A DNA stretch of 64,000 nucleotides, from positions 11,594,001 through 11,658,000 of the forward strand of contig OX597840.1 of NCBI GenBank assembly GCA_951406725.2. Reading direction: 5' to 3'. A program made the position numbers and the translations under genes. The stretch's first letter is position 1, and each line of letters starts with the position of its first letter. This DNA comes from Octopus vulgaris. Taxonomy: Eukaryota. The notes under the pieces are model-generated. The model was given only the letters and a program-made list of their open reading frames with translations, had not been told where the DNA came from and ran no database searches. Below are positions 11,645 to 25,093 of this stretch, one piece after another.

Positions 11645-13104
11645 GTGTGTCGAAACCACAATGATATCTGTGGGGCAGCTGATGATGGACGTATGTTGGA
11701 TTGCTGGTATGGCTGTTTTTGTATATTTGAAATAGTATTACAACACATCCTTTAGATATCTATCTATCTATATATATATATATATATACATATATATATG
11801 TATATAATAAGGGTCATTTGTTAGCAATTTTTAAACCGAAAGACAAAAATATATATGTCACTAAAGCTACTGTGGGTGCTATTCAGCACCAGTATTGCTA
11901 GAAATAAGAGTCAAAGCAACTCATAACCAAAATAATGAACCATCTTTTTCAATGTCCCTTAGTACCGGACATAGCCAGATCACCAGTAATTTCACATTTA
12001 CATTAATGCTCATCAGTGGCTCTTACCAGTGCCTTGGCTTAAACTCAATTCACCTTGTCAGCTTATAAGATCACCATGGAAATCATACATTATATATATA
12101 TATATATTCTTTTATTTTTTTTCTATTTCCATCTACCAATTTCATTCACAAGGCTTTGGTCAACCCAGAGTTACAGTAGAAGACACTTGCCCAAGGTCTT
12201 ACACAAATGTTTTCTACCACAGCTCCAGGTTGACCCAAAGACTATCAAGGTTATTAGACTAAAGTACTAATGCAGGGCAGCAGATTAGTGGAGTACTAGA
12301 GTACAAGATGAGATGCCTTGTGGTATTTGTGTCCTCCCCTTTGTGTTCAGTGTTGATGTGTAGTAGAGTTAATGCATTTCCAGTCCCCTGTTTAATCCTC
12401 CCCCCGCCCTACCAGTCCTTGGGTGCCTTTAGGAGGGTCCACTTTGTTGTAGACAATAGATTTAGTGTCCCTGAGGAGAACCATCTCTCCTGGTACCGGT
12501 CTGGGAGGCCCTGAAAAATAAAAGTACCATGGGTGCTGTCCTTCCTTCTCTGACTAAGAGGTAACAAATAAAGAAATAAATAAAAATAAAAATAAAAATG
12601 AAATAAAATAACAAAATTTTCTCTTTCTCGTGATCGGATGAATGGCAAAAAGTCTGGAATGGTAAATTCTTATGATTATGATGATGGCTGTGGTGAGGGT
12701 AGATAGGGGCAATGATGGTGATGGCGACAGTGAAGGTGTTGGTGGTGGTGATGTAGCGTAAGATGGCAATGGTGATTGAAGTGTAATGATAATGGTTAAT
12801 AAGAACGGTGGCGGTAGCAGCAGTGGAGGTAGTGGCTGTGATGCTGCGATGGTTGTGGTGATGTAAGGATGATGTTGCTGAGGGTGGCGGTGATGGTGAA
12901 ATGATTATAACGAGGATTCTGTGGAAGAGGAGGAGGAGGAGAAGACGGTAGGGGTGATGCAATGAGGGTGGTGGTGGTGGAAGCGTTGATATTATGGTGA
13001 CGATGACGACGACAATGATGATGATGATGATGATGACGATGACGATGATGATTGTTCTGCATCAACAGTGAAAGAAGAGTTGTTTCACAGTAAAACAGAA
13101 AAAT

Positions 13105-13960
13105 GCGACCACATCAATAGGCCAAAAGAAAAAAAAAATCACATTAATAGGCAAAAAATAACAATAGGCAAAAAAATCACATTAATAGGCAACCATCACA
13201 TTAATAGGCAAAAAAATTATATCATAGGCAACCATCAGACCAATAGGCAACCATCACATTGATAGGCAAAAAATCACATATCAATAGGCAAAAATCACAT
13301 CTAAAAATAAAAATGACATCAATAGGCAATCACCATACCAATAGGCAGCCATCACATCAATAGGCAATAAAATGACATTATAGGCAACCACTACATGAAC
13401 AGGTAGAAAAAACACATCAATAGGAAACCACCACGTCTATAGACAGCCATCACATCAATAGGCAACGACCACATCTATAGGCAGCCATCACATCAATAGG
13501 CAATGACCACATCTATAGGCAGCCATCACATCAATAGGCAATGACCACATCTATAGACAGCCATCACATCAATAGGCAATGACCACATCTATAGGCAGCC
13601 ATCACATCAATAGGCAACGACCACATCTATAGGCAGCCATCACATCAATAGGCAACGACCACATCTATAGGCAGCCATCACATCAATAGGCAATGACCAC
13701 ATCTATAGGCAGCCATCACATCAATAGGCAATGACCACATCTATAGGCAGCCATCACATCAATAGGCAACGACCACATCTATAGGCAGCCATCACATCAA
13801 TAGGCAACGACCACATCAATAGGCAATGACCACATCTATAGGCAGTAATCACATCAATAGGCAATGACCACATCTATAGGCAACGACCACATCTATAGGC
13901 AGCCATCACATCAATAGGCAACGACCACATCTATAGGCAACCATGATAACTATAGGCAAC
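13105..13960. repeat. Minisatellite of ~18-bp ATAGGC subunits forming a ~36-bp dimer
   Basis: (ATAGGCAGCCATCACATCAATAGGCAATGACCACATCT)n, degenerate at the left end. Confidence 0.9.
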
Positions 13961-15211
13961 ATTGATAACCCCTTCTACAGGCAAAGAGGGACAAAAATGA
14001 ATCTGGGAACTAAAGTTTGGGTAGTGTTTTTGTAGGTTACTGAAACTCTATGAGCCGGTTGAGTTTCCGTTATGTTTGGGCGACGCACTCTAAGATATTT
14101 GTGTGGGTGGACATAGGCAGCACTGTCCCTTAGATGGGAATACAACCTCACCCCTCGGGAATAAGGGCCAGACACAACGAATCTAACCTGAAGCATTTTC
14201 CAACCCCGATATGGAAACTTCAGTTTCCATTGGCTGTTATTTCTAGCCTATTTCTGTTTCTTAGCCTGAAGTAGGTCAGACATTCCATCCATGACCTTCC
14301 CATCCCATCTCATCCCGTCCTGTCTATTCGAGGTATGCACAACTCTGCATGTGTCCTTTACTTCTTTGCGAACAGAGTGAGCAGGTGTAATTTAAGGATC
14401 TGGTTGCTATTTCTAGCATGTTTAACAGTCACGTGGAATTGATCTCATTGATTTACATCAGCAGCCACAGCAGTAGTAGGAATAACTGTAGTAGTAGTAG
14501 CGGTAGTAGTAGTAGTAGTAGTAATAGTAGTAGTAGTAGTAGTAATAGTAGTAACAGTAGTAGTAGTAGTAACAGTAGTAGTTGTAGTAATAGTAGTAGT
14601 AGTAGTAAATGGAGCAATCTAAATCTACAGTAGAAAGAATTCTAAGAGATTGCTGATACTACACCTCTTTCATATTCTTCTACTAGTTTCATGTAATAGA
14701 CCACGCCCATGCTGGAGCACCACTGCCAGGGTCATACAAACCGCAGGGCATACTCCAGCACAGAAGTCAGGAATTTATCAAATCATCACATTTTAACATT
14801 TAATCACAAAAGGACATAACTCAAAAAACACTAGTTCATACCCCGAGTTAATGAGGAAGTGGTCTAGGTGCTTGATTGATTTTCTAGAAATAGCAGCTAA
14901 ATAGACTTCAGATCCTTCCTCAATGTTAAGTGTGATTTGAAAGACACGTCAAGTAATTTGGTCCTGGCTTCTCTGGTCATTGCTAAATAATAGGATGGCC
15001 ACAGTTGGAATGGCTTTGACCATAATTCAGCTGAATCGAAGCTGGTGGATAAATATTCTTTCATTCCTACCATCTTTCCTTCTTAATTTTTTCTCATTCT
15101 TTTTTTCTGATGAAGTACTAACATCCAAAACGTCAAAAACACCTTTTCCCCTTTGTTTCATCTTCATTGTTTTTTTGGGGGGTTTTTTTCTCATTCACAA
15201 ATACACACACT

Positions 15212-15905
15212 CTCAAAAGAGTCCAGAAGCTGGCTACCCGCATGGTTCTTGGTCTCAAGCATTTGTCTTATGAAGAAAGGCTGAAGACACTTGACCTTTA
15301 TTCTCTAGAAAAACGCCGCCACCGTGGTGATCTCATTCTTGCTCACAACATCATAAGCGGAAAGTGTAACCTCTCGAAAGAGCTGTTCTTCACTCCTGCT
15401 CCAGAGCGTTGGCTGCAGGGTCACTTCAAAAGCTCTATCTGCAACGATTTCATCTCAATCGAAGGAGAGGGGCTTTATCCATCCAGATTGCAGATCCGTG
15501 GAATAAGCTGCCGGACGAGATAGTGAAGATGCCGACGACCACTCGGTTCAAAGTCTCTCTTGACCAGAAATGGCCTGAACTCATTGTATGAACACCCTCC
15601 CTGTACATAACTCCATGTCCCCCTACATGGCCTCACAACATCATAAGCGGAAAGTGTAACCTCTCGAAAGAGCTGTTCTTCACTCCTGCTCCAGAGCGCT
15701 GGCTGCGGGGTCACTCCGAAAAGCTCTATCTGCGACGATTTCATCTCAATTGAAGTAGAGGGGCTTTCTCCGTGAAGATGCCGACAACTGCTCGGTTCAA
15801 AGTCTCTCTTGACCAGAAATGGCCTGAACTCTTTGCATGAACACCACCCTGTACATAACTCCATGTCCTCCTACATGGCCTTACTTTTGCTTTTTGAGCC
15901 AAGAA
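15212..15905 (+). mobile_element. CR1-type LINE 3' fragment with an internal tandem duplication
   Basis: KRVQKLATRMVLGLKHLSYEERLKTLDLYSLEKRRHRGDLI...PWNKLPDEIV. The segment starting CTCACAACATCATAAGCGG occurs at 15342 and again at 15632. Confidence 0.85.
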
Positions 15906-16869
15906 ATTTAACTTCACATACACACATGGAGAAACTGGAAATAAATTTACAAGCAAATATTTAATACAGTTGTCTTCACTATACATATAAATGTCGCACA
16001 ATCCACGTGGTCATCACCAGCTCATTCTATGGAGAGAGAGTCACAGAAACCTATGAAGCCACTTATGAAAAATGCTATGAACAACAGGCACTGCCTTTTC
16101 TCATTTGCATATCAATAATTCATTAGTAATATATATTAATTAATTACAGTACTGAGTTGGCATATAAGTTGTGAACAAATTTACAGGCGTAGGAGTGGCT
16201 GTGTGGTAAGTAGCTTGCTTACGAACCACATGGTTCCGGGTTCAGTCCCACTGCATGGCACCTTGGGAAAGTGTCTTCTACTATAGCCTCGGGCTGACCA
16301 AAGCCTTGTGAGTGGATTTGGTAGACGGAAACTGAAAGAAGCCCATCGTATATATGTATATATGTGTGTGTGTGTGTCTGTGTTTGTCCCCTCAACATCG
16401 CTTGACAACCGATGCTGGTGTGTTTACATCCCCATCACTTAGATGTTCGGCAAAAGAGACCGATAGAATAAGTACTACTAGGCTTACAAAGAATATGTCC
16501 TGGGGTCGATTTGCTCGACTAAAGGTGGTTGCTCCAGCATGGCCACAGTCAAATGACTGAAACAAGTAAAACAGTATATATGTTTAATAAAGATGGGTCT
16601 GGCCTCTCTGGGTTAATACGCCTCATATTTAAACCACAATGATTTTCTGTGTCAATTCAGCCAAATCTGGCTCAAATATTCTACTTGGTTGATGTTAAAA
16701 CTGGCCAGATCCTGCCTCTTACACCTAACCTACAATGTCGTTATAAAAGCTATAAGATAACCCATGATTAATTTAAAATAAAATGAATAGAAAAGCATTA
16801 CATTTGACAGAGTAATCTGCATGCTAATGGGTTAGCCTACAGGAGGGACCCGCTGTGGGAACAAATCTT

Positions 16870-17275
16870 ATGTTTGAAACACAGGGGTCTTGCTGGACCA
16901 AGAGCCCTCATGCTTAAGCTAGAAGGGGTTAGCTGTGTTAATAGACATCATGTTTCAAACATAGGGGTCTTGTTGAACCAAGAGCCCTCATGTTTCAAAC
17001 ACAGGGTCTTGTTGGACCAAGAGCCCTCATGTTTCAAACACAGGGGTCTTGTTGGACCAAGAGCCCTCATGTTTCAAACACAGGGTCTTGCTGGACCAAG
17101 AACCCTCATGCTTAAGCTAGAGGGGGTTAGCTGTGTTAACAGGCATCATGTTTCAAACACAGGGGTCTTGTTGGACCAAGAGCCCTCATGTTTCAAACAC
17201 AGGGGTCTTGTTGAACCAAGAGCCCTCATGTTTAAGCTAGAGGGGGTTTGCTGTGTTAACAGGCATCGTGTTTTA
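16870..17275. repeat. Composite minisatellite (~39-bp TGTTTCAAACACAGGGGTCTTGTTGGACCAAGAGCCCTCA unit)
   Basis: Direct repeats are visible and explain the spurious ORF 16874-17362. Confidence 0.85.
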
Positions 17276-17402
17276 ACCATATGGGAGGGAGGGCTCACTG
17301 TACCATGTTTGGACCCGGGAGTGGAGTGTTCCAATGCACTAGTAGGGACCAAGCAAAAGTAGTTGAGTTATTCTTAAGAGAGAGGAGAGAGAGAGAGAGA
17401 AT

Positions 17403-17437
<35 letters not shown>

Positions 17438-17655
17438 AGAGAGAGAGAGAAAGAAGAGAGAGAGAGAGAAAGAAGAGAGGGAGAAAGAAGAGAGGGAGAA
17501 AGAAGAGAGAGAGAGAGAGAGAAAGAGATAGAGAAATAGAAGAGAGAGATAGAGAGAAAGAAGAGAAAGAGAAAGAAGAGAGATAGAAAGAAAGCGAGAT
17601 AGAAAGAGAGAGAGAAAGAAAGGAGAGAGAGAGAGAGAGAGAAAAAGAGAAAGAG

Positions 17656-17716
<61 letters not shown>

Positions 17717-18333
17717 GGGGTCCTATGCCATACAGTTTCTCCACCCATACACATCTCAGTTAAGTGAAAAGTGAAAGTTGGTCTCAAGCCCTCAGGCCCA
17801 TTAGATTGGGGTTTATCCTGGTTCCCATGGCATTTAAGCCATTCACAGTACAAGACTTCTCCAAAAATATATCACCTCCCCGTTTGTATCATCCAGCACA
17901 CATTTTGATGCTTCTAATGAAAACATTTGTTTATTTATATGTCTACATAGCTGTTCAATAAGCTATTTAGCATCTAAAGTCGGTGGATGAATTGTCAGTG
18001 GGCAGTTTAGCTTAATGGTAAAGCATTCAGCTGGAGTCTTGGGGGTTGTGGCTTTGAGTCCCTTGGCTGTTTGTTGACAACTTTTTCTGCCTTATAAAGC
18101 TAATTAACTTATTATTTCTGCTGTTCTAACAGCAATACTGCATTCAAAAAAATATTATCTTCTTACTTGTATTATACAGGATGCAATGGGTAAACTGTTG
18201 CCATTTTATATTTTTAATTTCACGCATATATCTATTAAAATGTGATGTCAGTGTTATTTTCATTTTTGCATAATTTAGACGATAATATATTCACTGCACC
18301 TTGTATGTATGTATGTGTATGTATGTATGTATG

Positions 18334-18380
<47 letters not shown>

Positions 18381-18500
18381 CATCACTTACAACCAGACAT
18401 GACTCAGTAGCATGGAGTAAGCTTTTGCTAAATATTTAAGGGGTCTATGTAGTTGTGGCCGGTTATAGCCCATATTCCATGTATATATGTGTGTGCAAGC

Positions 18501-18531
<31 letters not shown>

Positions 18532-19499
18532 TATATACATATATATATACACACACACACACACTAATATAGAACAGTGAGAATGAGTGCTCAACACCAC
18601 ATAGTTGGATGAATATTCTTTATTTGTAAGTTAGTAAAGCTACCATTGGTTTCATGCAGAGAAATCTTAGCAATTATCAAGCCTATCACATCGGGACGTT
18701 GGTACTCAGCTCTATCTTGAATGAGAATGGAGACGAGAACCAACATTCTGTGTGCAAGGCTTCATAATTGTTGAGAAATTTCTCTTAGCACAAAGCCAAT
18801 GGAAGCCTTAGGGGAGATAACTGCCCCATGAATGTCGCTAAGGTCACCAGACTAGACTAGTTTCGCCTATCAGTGGTTACACTATGTGGTTTGTGCCTGA
18901 TGACTGTGTTAGGATGTCACAGATTTTAAAATTTATTAATTGGCATGTTCTCAGCGTAAGAAACTATTAGTAGCAAATAAAAACACATACTGTGCCTATC
19001 AAATAATATTTATCTCTTACCAGATGGAGAACATTTTTGGGTTGATCTTAGCTTCATAGAACAGTACACGATATATGTGTGTATATATATATATATATGT
19101 AATAATAATAATAATAATATGAGGGAATATTATTCCAAACTTACAGGGAAAAATTCAATTTAGAAATACTAAATCAAATTTCACAAAATATAATATATAT
19201 ATAAAATATTAGAAAAAAACCCAACCTTTTATCAATTCAATAATGAAAAATTAAATTATACCATTTAGAAAAATTACATATAAAAAAATTAAATATAAGA
19301 TATTTATTATTTTGCACATTACTTAATCATTGTTATATGTTTTATCTTATAATTAATCTTTCGATAATATGTAATTTTTCTAAATGGTATAATTTAATTT
19401 TTCAATATTGAATTGATAAAAGGTGTTTTTTTTTCCAATTTATATATACATATATAAACCTTTTATAATGTGATACAAGTCTTTGGTGTAGCAATTGCA

Positions 19500-19594
19500 T
19501 GCGGCTGAAGAGGGCTTTTGAACTATCTGTTATGTCGATTATGCATTGATGTAAGAATAAGTTGTTCTATAAAGCCTGAAACATATGTACTGCA
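19500..19594 (+). ncRNA. Minimal hammerhead ribozyme motif (Penelope-type repeat)
   Basis: TGCGG-CTGAAGA-GGGCTTT..AAAGCCT-GAAAC-ATAT-GTA-CTGCA, with palindromic ACATATGT. Confidence 0.72.
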
Positions 19595-20486
19595 ACATCC
19601 TTTGTGTCCTGCTTTTCCTTTATTTCATTTGATACATATATCCTCTCACCTACGCCACCAGCTGGCATATACAGGTGCTTACATTTATCAAGTATTCACC
19701 CTGAATTTAAATATATATACATATATATATATACACAGAGGCTTTAATATTCTCCATCTACCAAATCCAATTCTAAAGACATTTTTCAAACCCATCCCAT
19801 CCGACTGTATCCCTGTATCCCTACAGCCACACAGTTGCAAAACTAACTCCAGATATTCTTCGGGGACTAATTCGTTGAAGCAACAACAGATCATAGGGCT
19901 TTGTGAGTAGCTAGTGAAACCAAGGGGTGTGTATGTGCGTGCATGAGTGTATGTGTAGAAAGAGAAACAGGGAAAGGCAGTGGAGCGACAAGAAGAGAAC
20001 CTCCTGTGAATGACAGCCCAGTGGTGCTCGTGGTCCCCAAATCCCACCACCCACCATCACACGTAAACTACGGAGAAAGGGTCCCAACGAATGCTAGTTA
20101 TGATAAACAGTCGAAGCAGACTGATCGAGTTTGGAGTGAAAGCAGAACATACATCAATCAGGGTTAATTAATTAAAAAAAATTTGGGGTTTGTAGATTAG
20201 GGTGGAGGACCAGTTCATGCAGGGGTGTACTCGAGTGGTAACCATTGAAGAGCAGAAGGTTAAAAAAGAGACAGAGAAATAGAGAGAAATAGAGAGAGAC
20301 GTGTATATATACATATGTATATATATATGTATATATATATGTGTATATATATATGTATATATATATGTGTGTATATGTATATATATATATATATATATAT
20401 GTATATGTGTGTATATATGTATATATATGTATATGTGTGCACATATATAAATATATGTGTGCATATGTGTGTATGCATATACATAT

Positions 20487-20551
<65 letters not shown>

Positions 20552-20782
20552 TATATATACATATATACACATATATATATACATATATATATATATACAT
20601 ATATATGCATATACATATATATGCATATACATATACATACATATACATAAATATATACACATACATAAATATACACACATATATATACAGACATACACAC
20701 AAAGTGAGAAAGGGGTAAAAAATTTGAAAGAGAAGAGTGATTTTTTTGCAAAAAAAAAATACAAACAAACAGTTAAGTTTAC

Positions 20783-20803
20783 CTTCCTCTGCTTCAATTT
20801 CAG
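20783..20803 (-). CDS. Candidate 21-nt frame-preserving microexon of the RhoGAP
   Basis: attatatttgtacag|CTGAAATTGAAGCAGAGGAAG|gtaaac. Read in phase 1-1 it gives (A/T)EIEAEE, acidic like the flanking exons. Confidence 0.5.
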
Positions 20804-21061
20804 CTGTACAAATATAATTTTGTAAGAAAATATAAACAATGGGAGAAAGAGAGAGAGACAACAGGTAAATAGAAGACATTTAAGTAATAACAATAATAAT
20901 AATGGTACTTATTTTATTGATCCTGTAATAATAATAATGATAATAACAACAATAGCAACAACAACAGTTTCTTTGCCCTAGGTGTTGGGAAGACACTCAG
21001 AAAGAAATGGGAACAAAATTGAATGAAGAGGATGATAATGATAATAAGAATAATAATAATA

Positions 21062-21124
<63 letters not shown>

Positions 21125-21279
21125 TTAACTTTAAAAAAAAAAAAAATGAACGAACTACTGAGTTTGGTTTAATGGCCTACCAATATACACTATGAGTTTC
21201 TTTGCCCTAGGAGTCGGGAAATGACACTTTGAAAGAAGAAAAAAAAAATGGAAATAAAATTAATGAAAGAAGAAAAAAA

Positions 21280-21310
<31 letters not shown>

Positions 21311-21407
21311 TGATGATGGGCTTTTAATAAATAATCCATTGCAATCACATTACGCTCTTCTTATCATCTATTTACCTTCGTGAAGACTGATGTTAATCTT
21401 TATAAAC

Positions 21408-21439
<32 letters not shown>

Positions 21440-21443
<4 letters not shown>

Positions 21444-22000
21444 CCCTTATGCAGTACCAGGCAGTGGCTCTCATGGCTTCTTGTCTTAACTGATTGGAAG
21501 TGTTATCATGTACATTGTTTTGTCTTGGTATAAAAGATGGGCTACAGCAAATATTCTGCTCAATACCACAGATTTGCTTGCTGGTTGTTTGACCTTAACC
21601 AGTTGAGCATGTCCCTTAGTGGCTGACGATATGTGCATCTCTGATCACGAGCAGAAATAGTGGGGGAGCATCATAGCCATGTGTTGAGAAGAATTCGTTG
21701 GGGTTTGAATAATTCACCTCTGGAAATGTGGGTGTTTCGTTCAACATCCATAAACAACCCTTATTCAGGGACCTTTTGAGCGGGACGGGCTACTCTACCA
21801 GAAGAAAATTTTAACTGGGCCCCACCTACAAGGTCATGTGCTGTTTATCTTGATATGAGATCACCATGTCGCGCACATATGGTTGTGATGCATGTGCCTG
21901 GTGTACCTTTATCAGACGGGTAGTCATGATGGGTATATTGGGCTTCGTATGTTTGTACCCTTGTGTCACTTTGATGGCATGCACTGCTCTCTCACTCAAA
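21440..22000 (+). mobile_element. Interspersed repeat embedded in (AAT)n
   Basis: The same sequence recurs at ~10825-11045 (also in AAT) and, on the minus strand, at ~60985-61800, where it is split by a SINE. Confidence 0.65.
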
Positions 22001-22779
22001 AATGATAATATAATAATAATAATACTAATGATAATAATAATTTCGCTTTTGGATTTGGTTTGCAAGATTCTTTATGTGAATTCGTGTGTTGAAGCATGTT
22101 CTGTTGTGTCTGGGGAGAGCCATTTTCTTTTAGTACCTTATAATATAACACACTTACGGGTAAAATTTCCACTTTTTTCTTTTTTTTTTTTTCCCCTAAA
22201 ATTTTCGTTGGTCTTGCAACCTTTTCAATATTCTTGACTATTTTCGTTATTTTAGGAAAATAAAAATAAGAAAAAAGTGGAAATTTTACCGGTGAGTGTG
22301 TTACATTATAAGGCACAAAAAGAAAATGACTCTCCCCAGACACAACAGAATGATAATAATAATAATAATAAATTCACACAATCATCATCCAGTAATCAGT
22401 AATATAACACAACCCATCACATGGCACAACTCAGCTACCGTAATACACACAACGTACGGTCACAAACCACAATACAAATAACACATGACAAACGGATGAA
22501 GCAACAACAACAAGAAGAGAAACAACAAAACAAACCACCACTACCACCACCAACATGTGACGACAAAACAAAATTTAATATTTTAGTAGACAAACAGTTA
22601 GTTTCGTACGGCAGCACATTCCACCTTCCCTGCCCTTTCAAAAAGAAGTGAAAAAAAAAAAAAACCCCACAGCACTAATGACCTTCAGGAACATGGAGAT
22701 GCATGTAGTGATGTAGCAGAATTTGTAGTGAAAACATGGAATAATAATAATAATGATAATGATAATAATAATAATAATA

Positions 22780-23696
22780 TCTAATAGAAATTGAAAAAAA
22801 TGTGGCAGCATCTCAAGGCGACTACAGTACCAGTGATTGTAGGATCTCTAGGAATGATAAAAAAAGGGACTGAAACCTATTTGAAAATGATACCAGGCTT
22901 ACCATCCCTACAGGAAGTACAAAAAACCGTATTAACTGGAACGGCTCTTGTACTGAGAAGAGCACTATCGCTGTGAAAATAACATCCATCCATGAATTTA
23001 TTTATTTATTCATTTTTAAATACATATTTTATCTGAATTTGCGCGTGTAATCTGGGAATGCATACAATGAGCTTCTCTGCCCTAGGTGTATGGAAAGCAC
23101 TCGGCGAGAAACGGAAGAAAATTTGAAGAAAGAAATAAAAAACATAATAATAATAATAATAATAATAGCAACAATAATAATATTACTTTCTACTAATTTT
23201 GGGGGAGGGGACCAGTCAATTGCATTGACCCCAGTATGCAACCGGTACTTAATTTGTTCACCCTGAAAGGAAGAAAGGCGAAGTCGGCCTTGGTGGAATT
23301 TGAACTCAGAACACAAAGACAAAGAAAATACCGCTAAGCATTCCGCCAGCTCGCCACCTTAATAATAATACTAATAATAATAATTTGTTCGTTTATTGGC
23401 CACAAGGGCTAACAAAAATCAAAACATAAAGGGGCAAAACACAGGACGAAAGTTACAAAGGGTTTTGTCCATTTGAAAAAAGGTCCGTGTACAAAAGCAG
23501 GATGACAACGAAAAATAAGTAACAATTAAAAATCCCAATAGGGGGAGGCACTTCGAAAGGTTACTCATGGAAAACCCATAAAAGCCACGGGAGTCTGGTC
23601 AAAAGGGGGGTAGAGAGCCCCTTTCTCCTTTTATATTTCCTATTAATTCTCACAGGTGTATCCTCAGAATTGGTCCTAATAATAATAATAATAATG

Positions 23697-23735
<39 letters not shown>

Positions 23736-24260
23736 GCAGTAATAATAATAATAATAAAGAGATCAAGGCTAATTGACCAGATATTGTTATTAAGGACCAT
23801 GAGGAAATGAAATGTAAAGTAATAAGAAAGAGTAGCAGTCACAACAGATGTTAACATATCTCACAAAATGGACAAGTCGGCCAAATTTAACAATCTTGAA
23901 ATAGAGATAACCGCAATATGGAAGCTGAAAGCAAGAACAGTCTACAGGATAATAATAATAATGATAATAATAATAATAATAAAAGGTGCTCTGATAACGA
24001 TTAAAATAAACCAATATGCAAACGAAGAGATAACGAACACAATTAGTTTATTGTACGCAACATAGCAATATGAGTCACTACACACACACACACACTCACA
24101 TATATACATGTATATATATATATATATACATGTGTATTGCATGGAATGGTTTCAATGCAATGGAGAATATAAACGGAAGTATGAACCACTGTACAAAATT
24201 GAAAGCCAACAGGGTTTGCATTCGATGCACAATGAAAGCATGCAATAAATATAGAACTGT

Positions 24261-24315
<55 letters not shown>

Positions 24316-24660
24316 TAATAATAAAATCCTATGCAAGACTGATGTCTTGCAAAAAACAGCCTTATTGGGCACAGAGCACATCTTAAGGAAAGTATTATCT
24401 ATCTGAGGTCCTTGTTGTGACTTGAAAGATGACTAAAGACTCCGGTGTTATGAAGGAATAATAATAATAATCATATCAATAAAGGTTATTCCTCTTGTCA
24501 TCGGCGCATTGGGTTGAATACCACCCAATCTGAAAAAACAGTCGAAAACTTTAGAAATACCATACAATTTAGGTGCATTGCAAAAGTCGGCATTATTTGG
24601 AACTTCACGCATGTTGCATAAAGTACTGACTGTCTGAGGTCCTTGTTGTGACTTGAGAGA
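22780..24660 (+). mobile_element. Cluster of R4/Dong-like (REL endonuclease) LINE 3' fragments in (TAA)n
   Basis: IEIEKMW..VPVIVGSLG..EVQKTVLTGTALVLRRAL* (22780-22976); PDIVIKD..LEIEITAIWKLK (~23775-23945); LQKTALLGTEHILRKVL* (~24335-24405); VIPLVIGALG..LQKSALFGT (~24476-24637). Confidence 0.7.
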
Positions 24661-24734
24661 CAGTATAAACCCCAGGTAGACACAATATCTTCAGTCAACA
24701 ACCTCACGATATTGAATACTGTGCAACGTCTATA

Positions 24735-24771
<37 letters not shown>

Positions 24772-25019
24772 CAACAACAATAATAGTCCTTTCTACTATA
24801 GGCACAAGGCCTGAAATTTTGGGGGTGGGGATAATTTGATTACATTGACCCCAGTGTTCCACTGGTACTTAATTTATCAACCCCAAAAGGATGAAAGGCA
24901 AAGTTGACCTTGAGGGAATTTGAACTCAGAACGTAGCTACGGGTGAAATACTGCTAAGCATTTTGCCCAGCGTGCAAACGATTCTGCCAGCTGCCTTAAT
25001 AATAATAATGATGATAATG

Positions 25020-25093
<74 letters not shown>

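Noticed and set aside
13105-13960. Regular ~36-bp array resembling CRISPR
   Set aside because: There are no unique spacers, no cas genes, and the context is a eukaryotic intron.
19792-19894. MICCCFNE... as an alternative palmitoylated first exon (minus strand)
   Set aside because: The better donor (gttagt) is in the wrong phase and the in-phase donor (gtttga) is weak. There is no other support.
22610-22634. Possible small exon after a strong T-rich acceptor (minus strand)
   Set aside because: It is 25 nt (frameshifting) and the donor CC|gtacga is weak.
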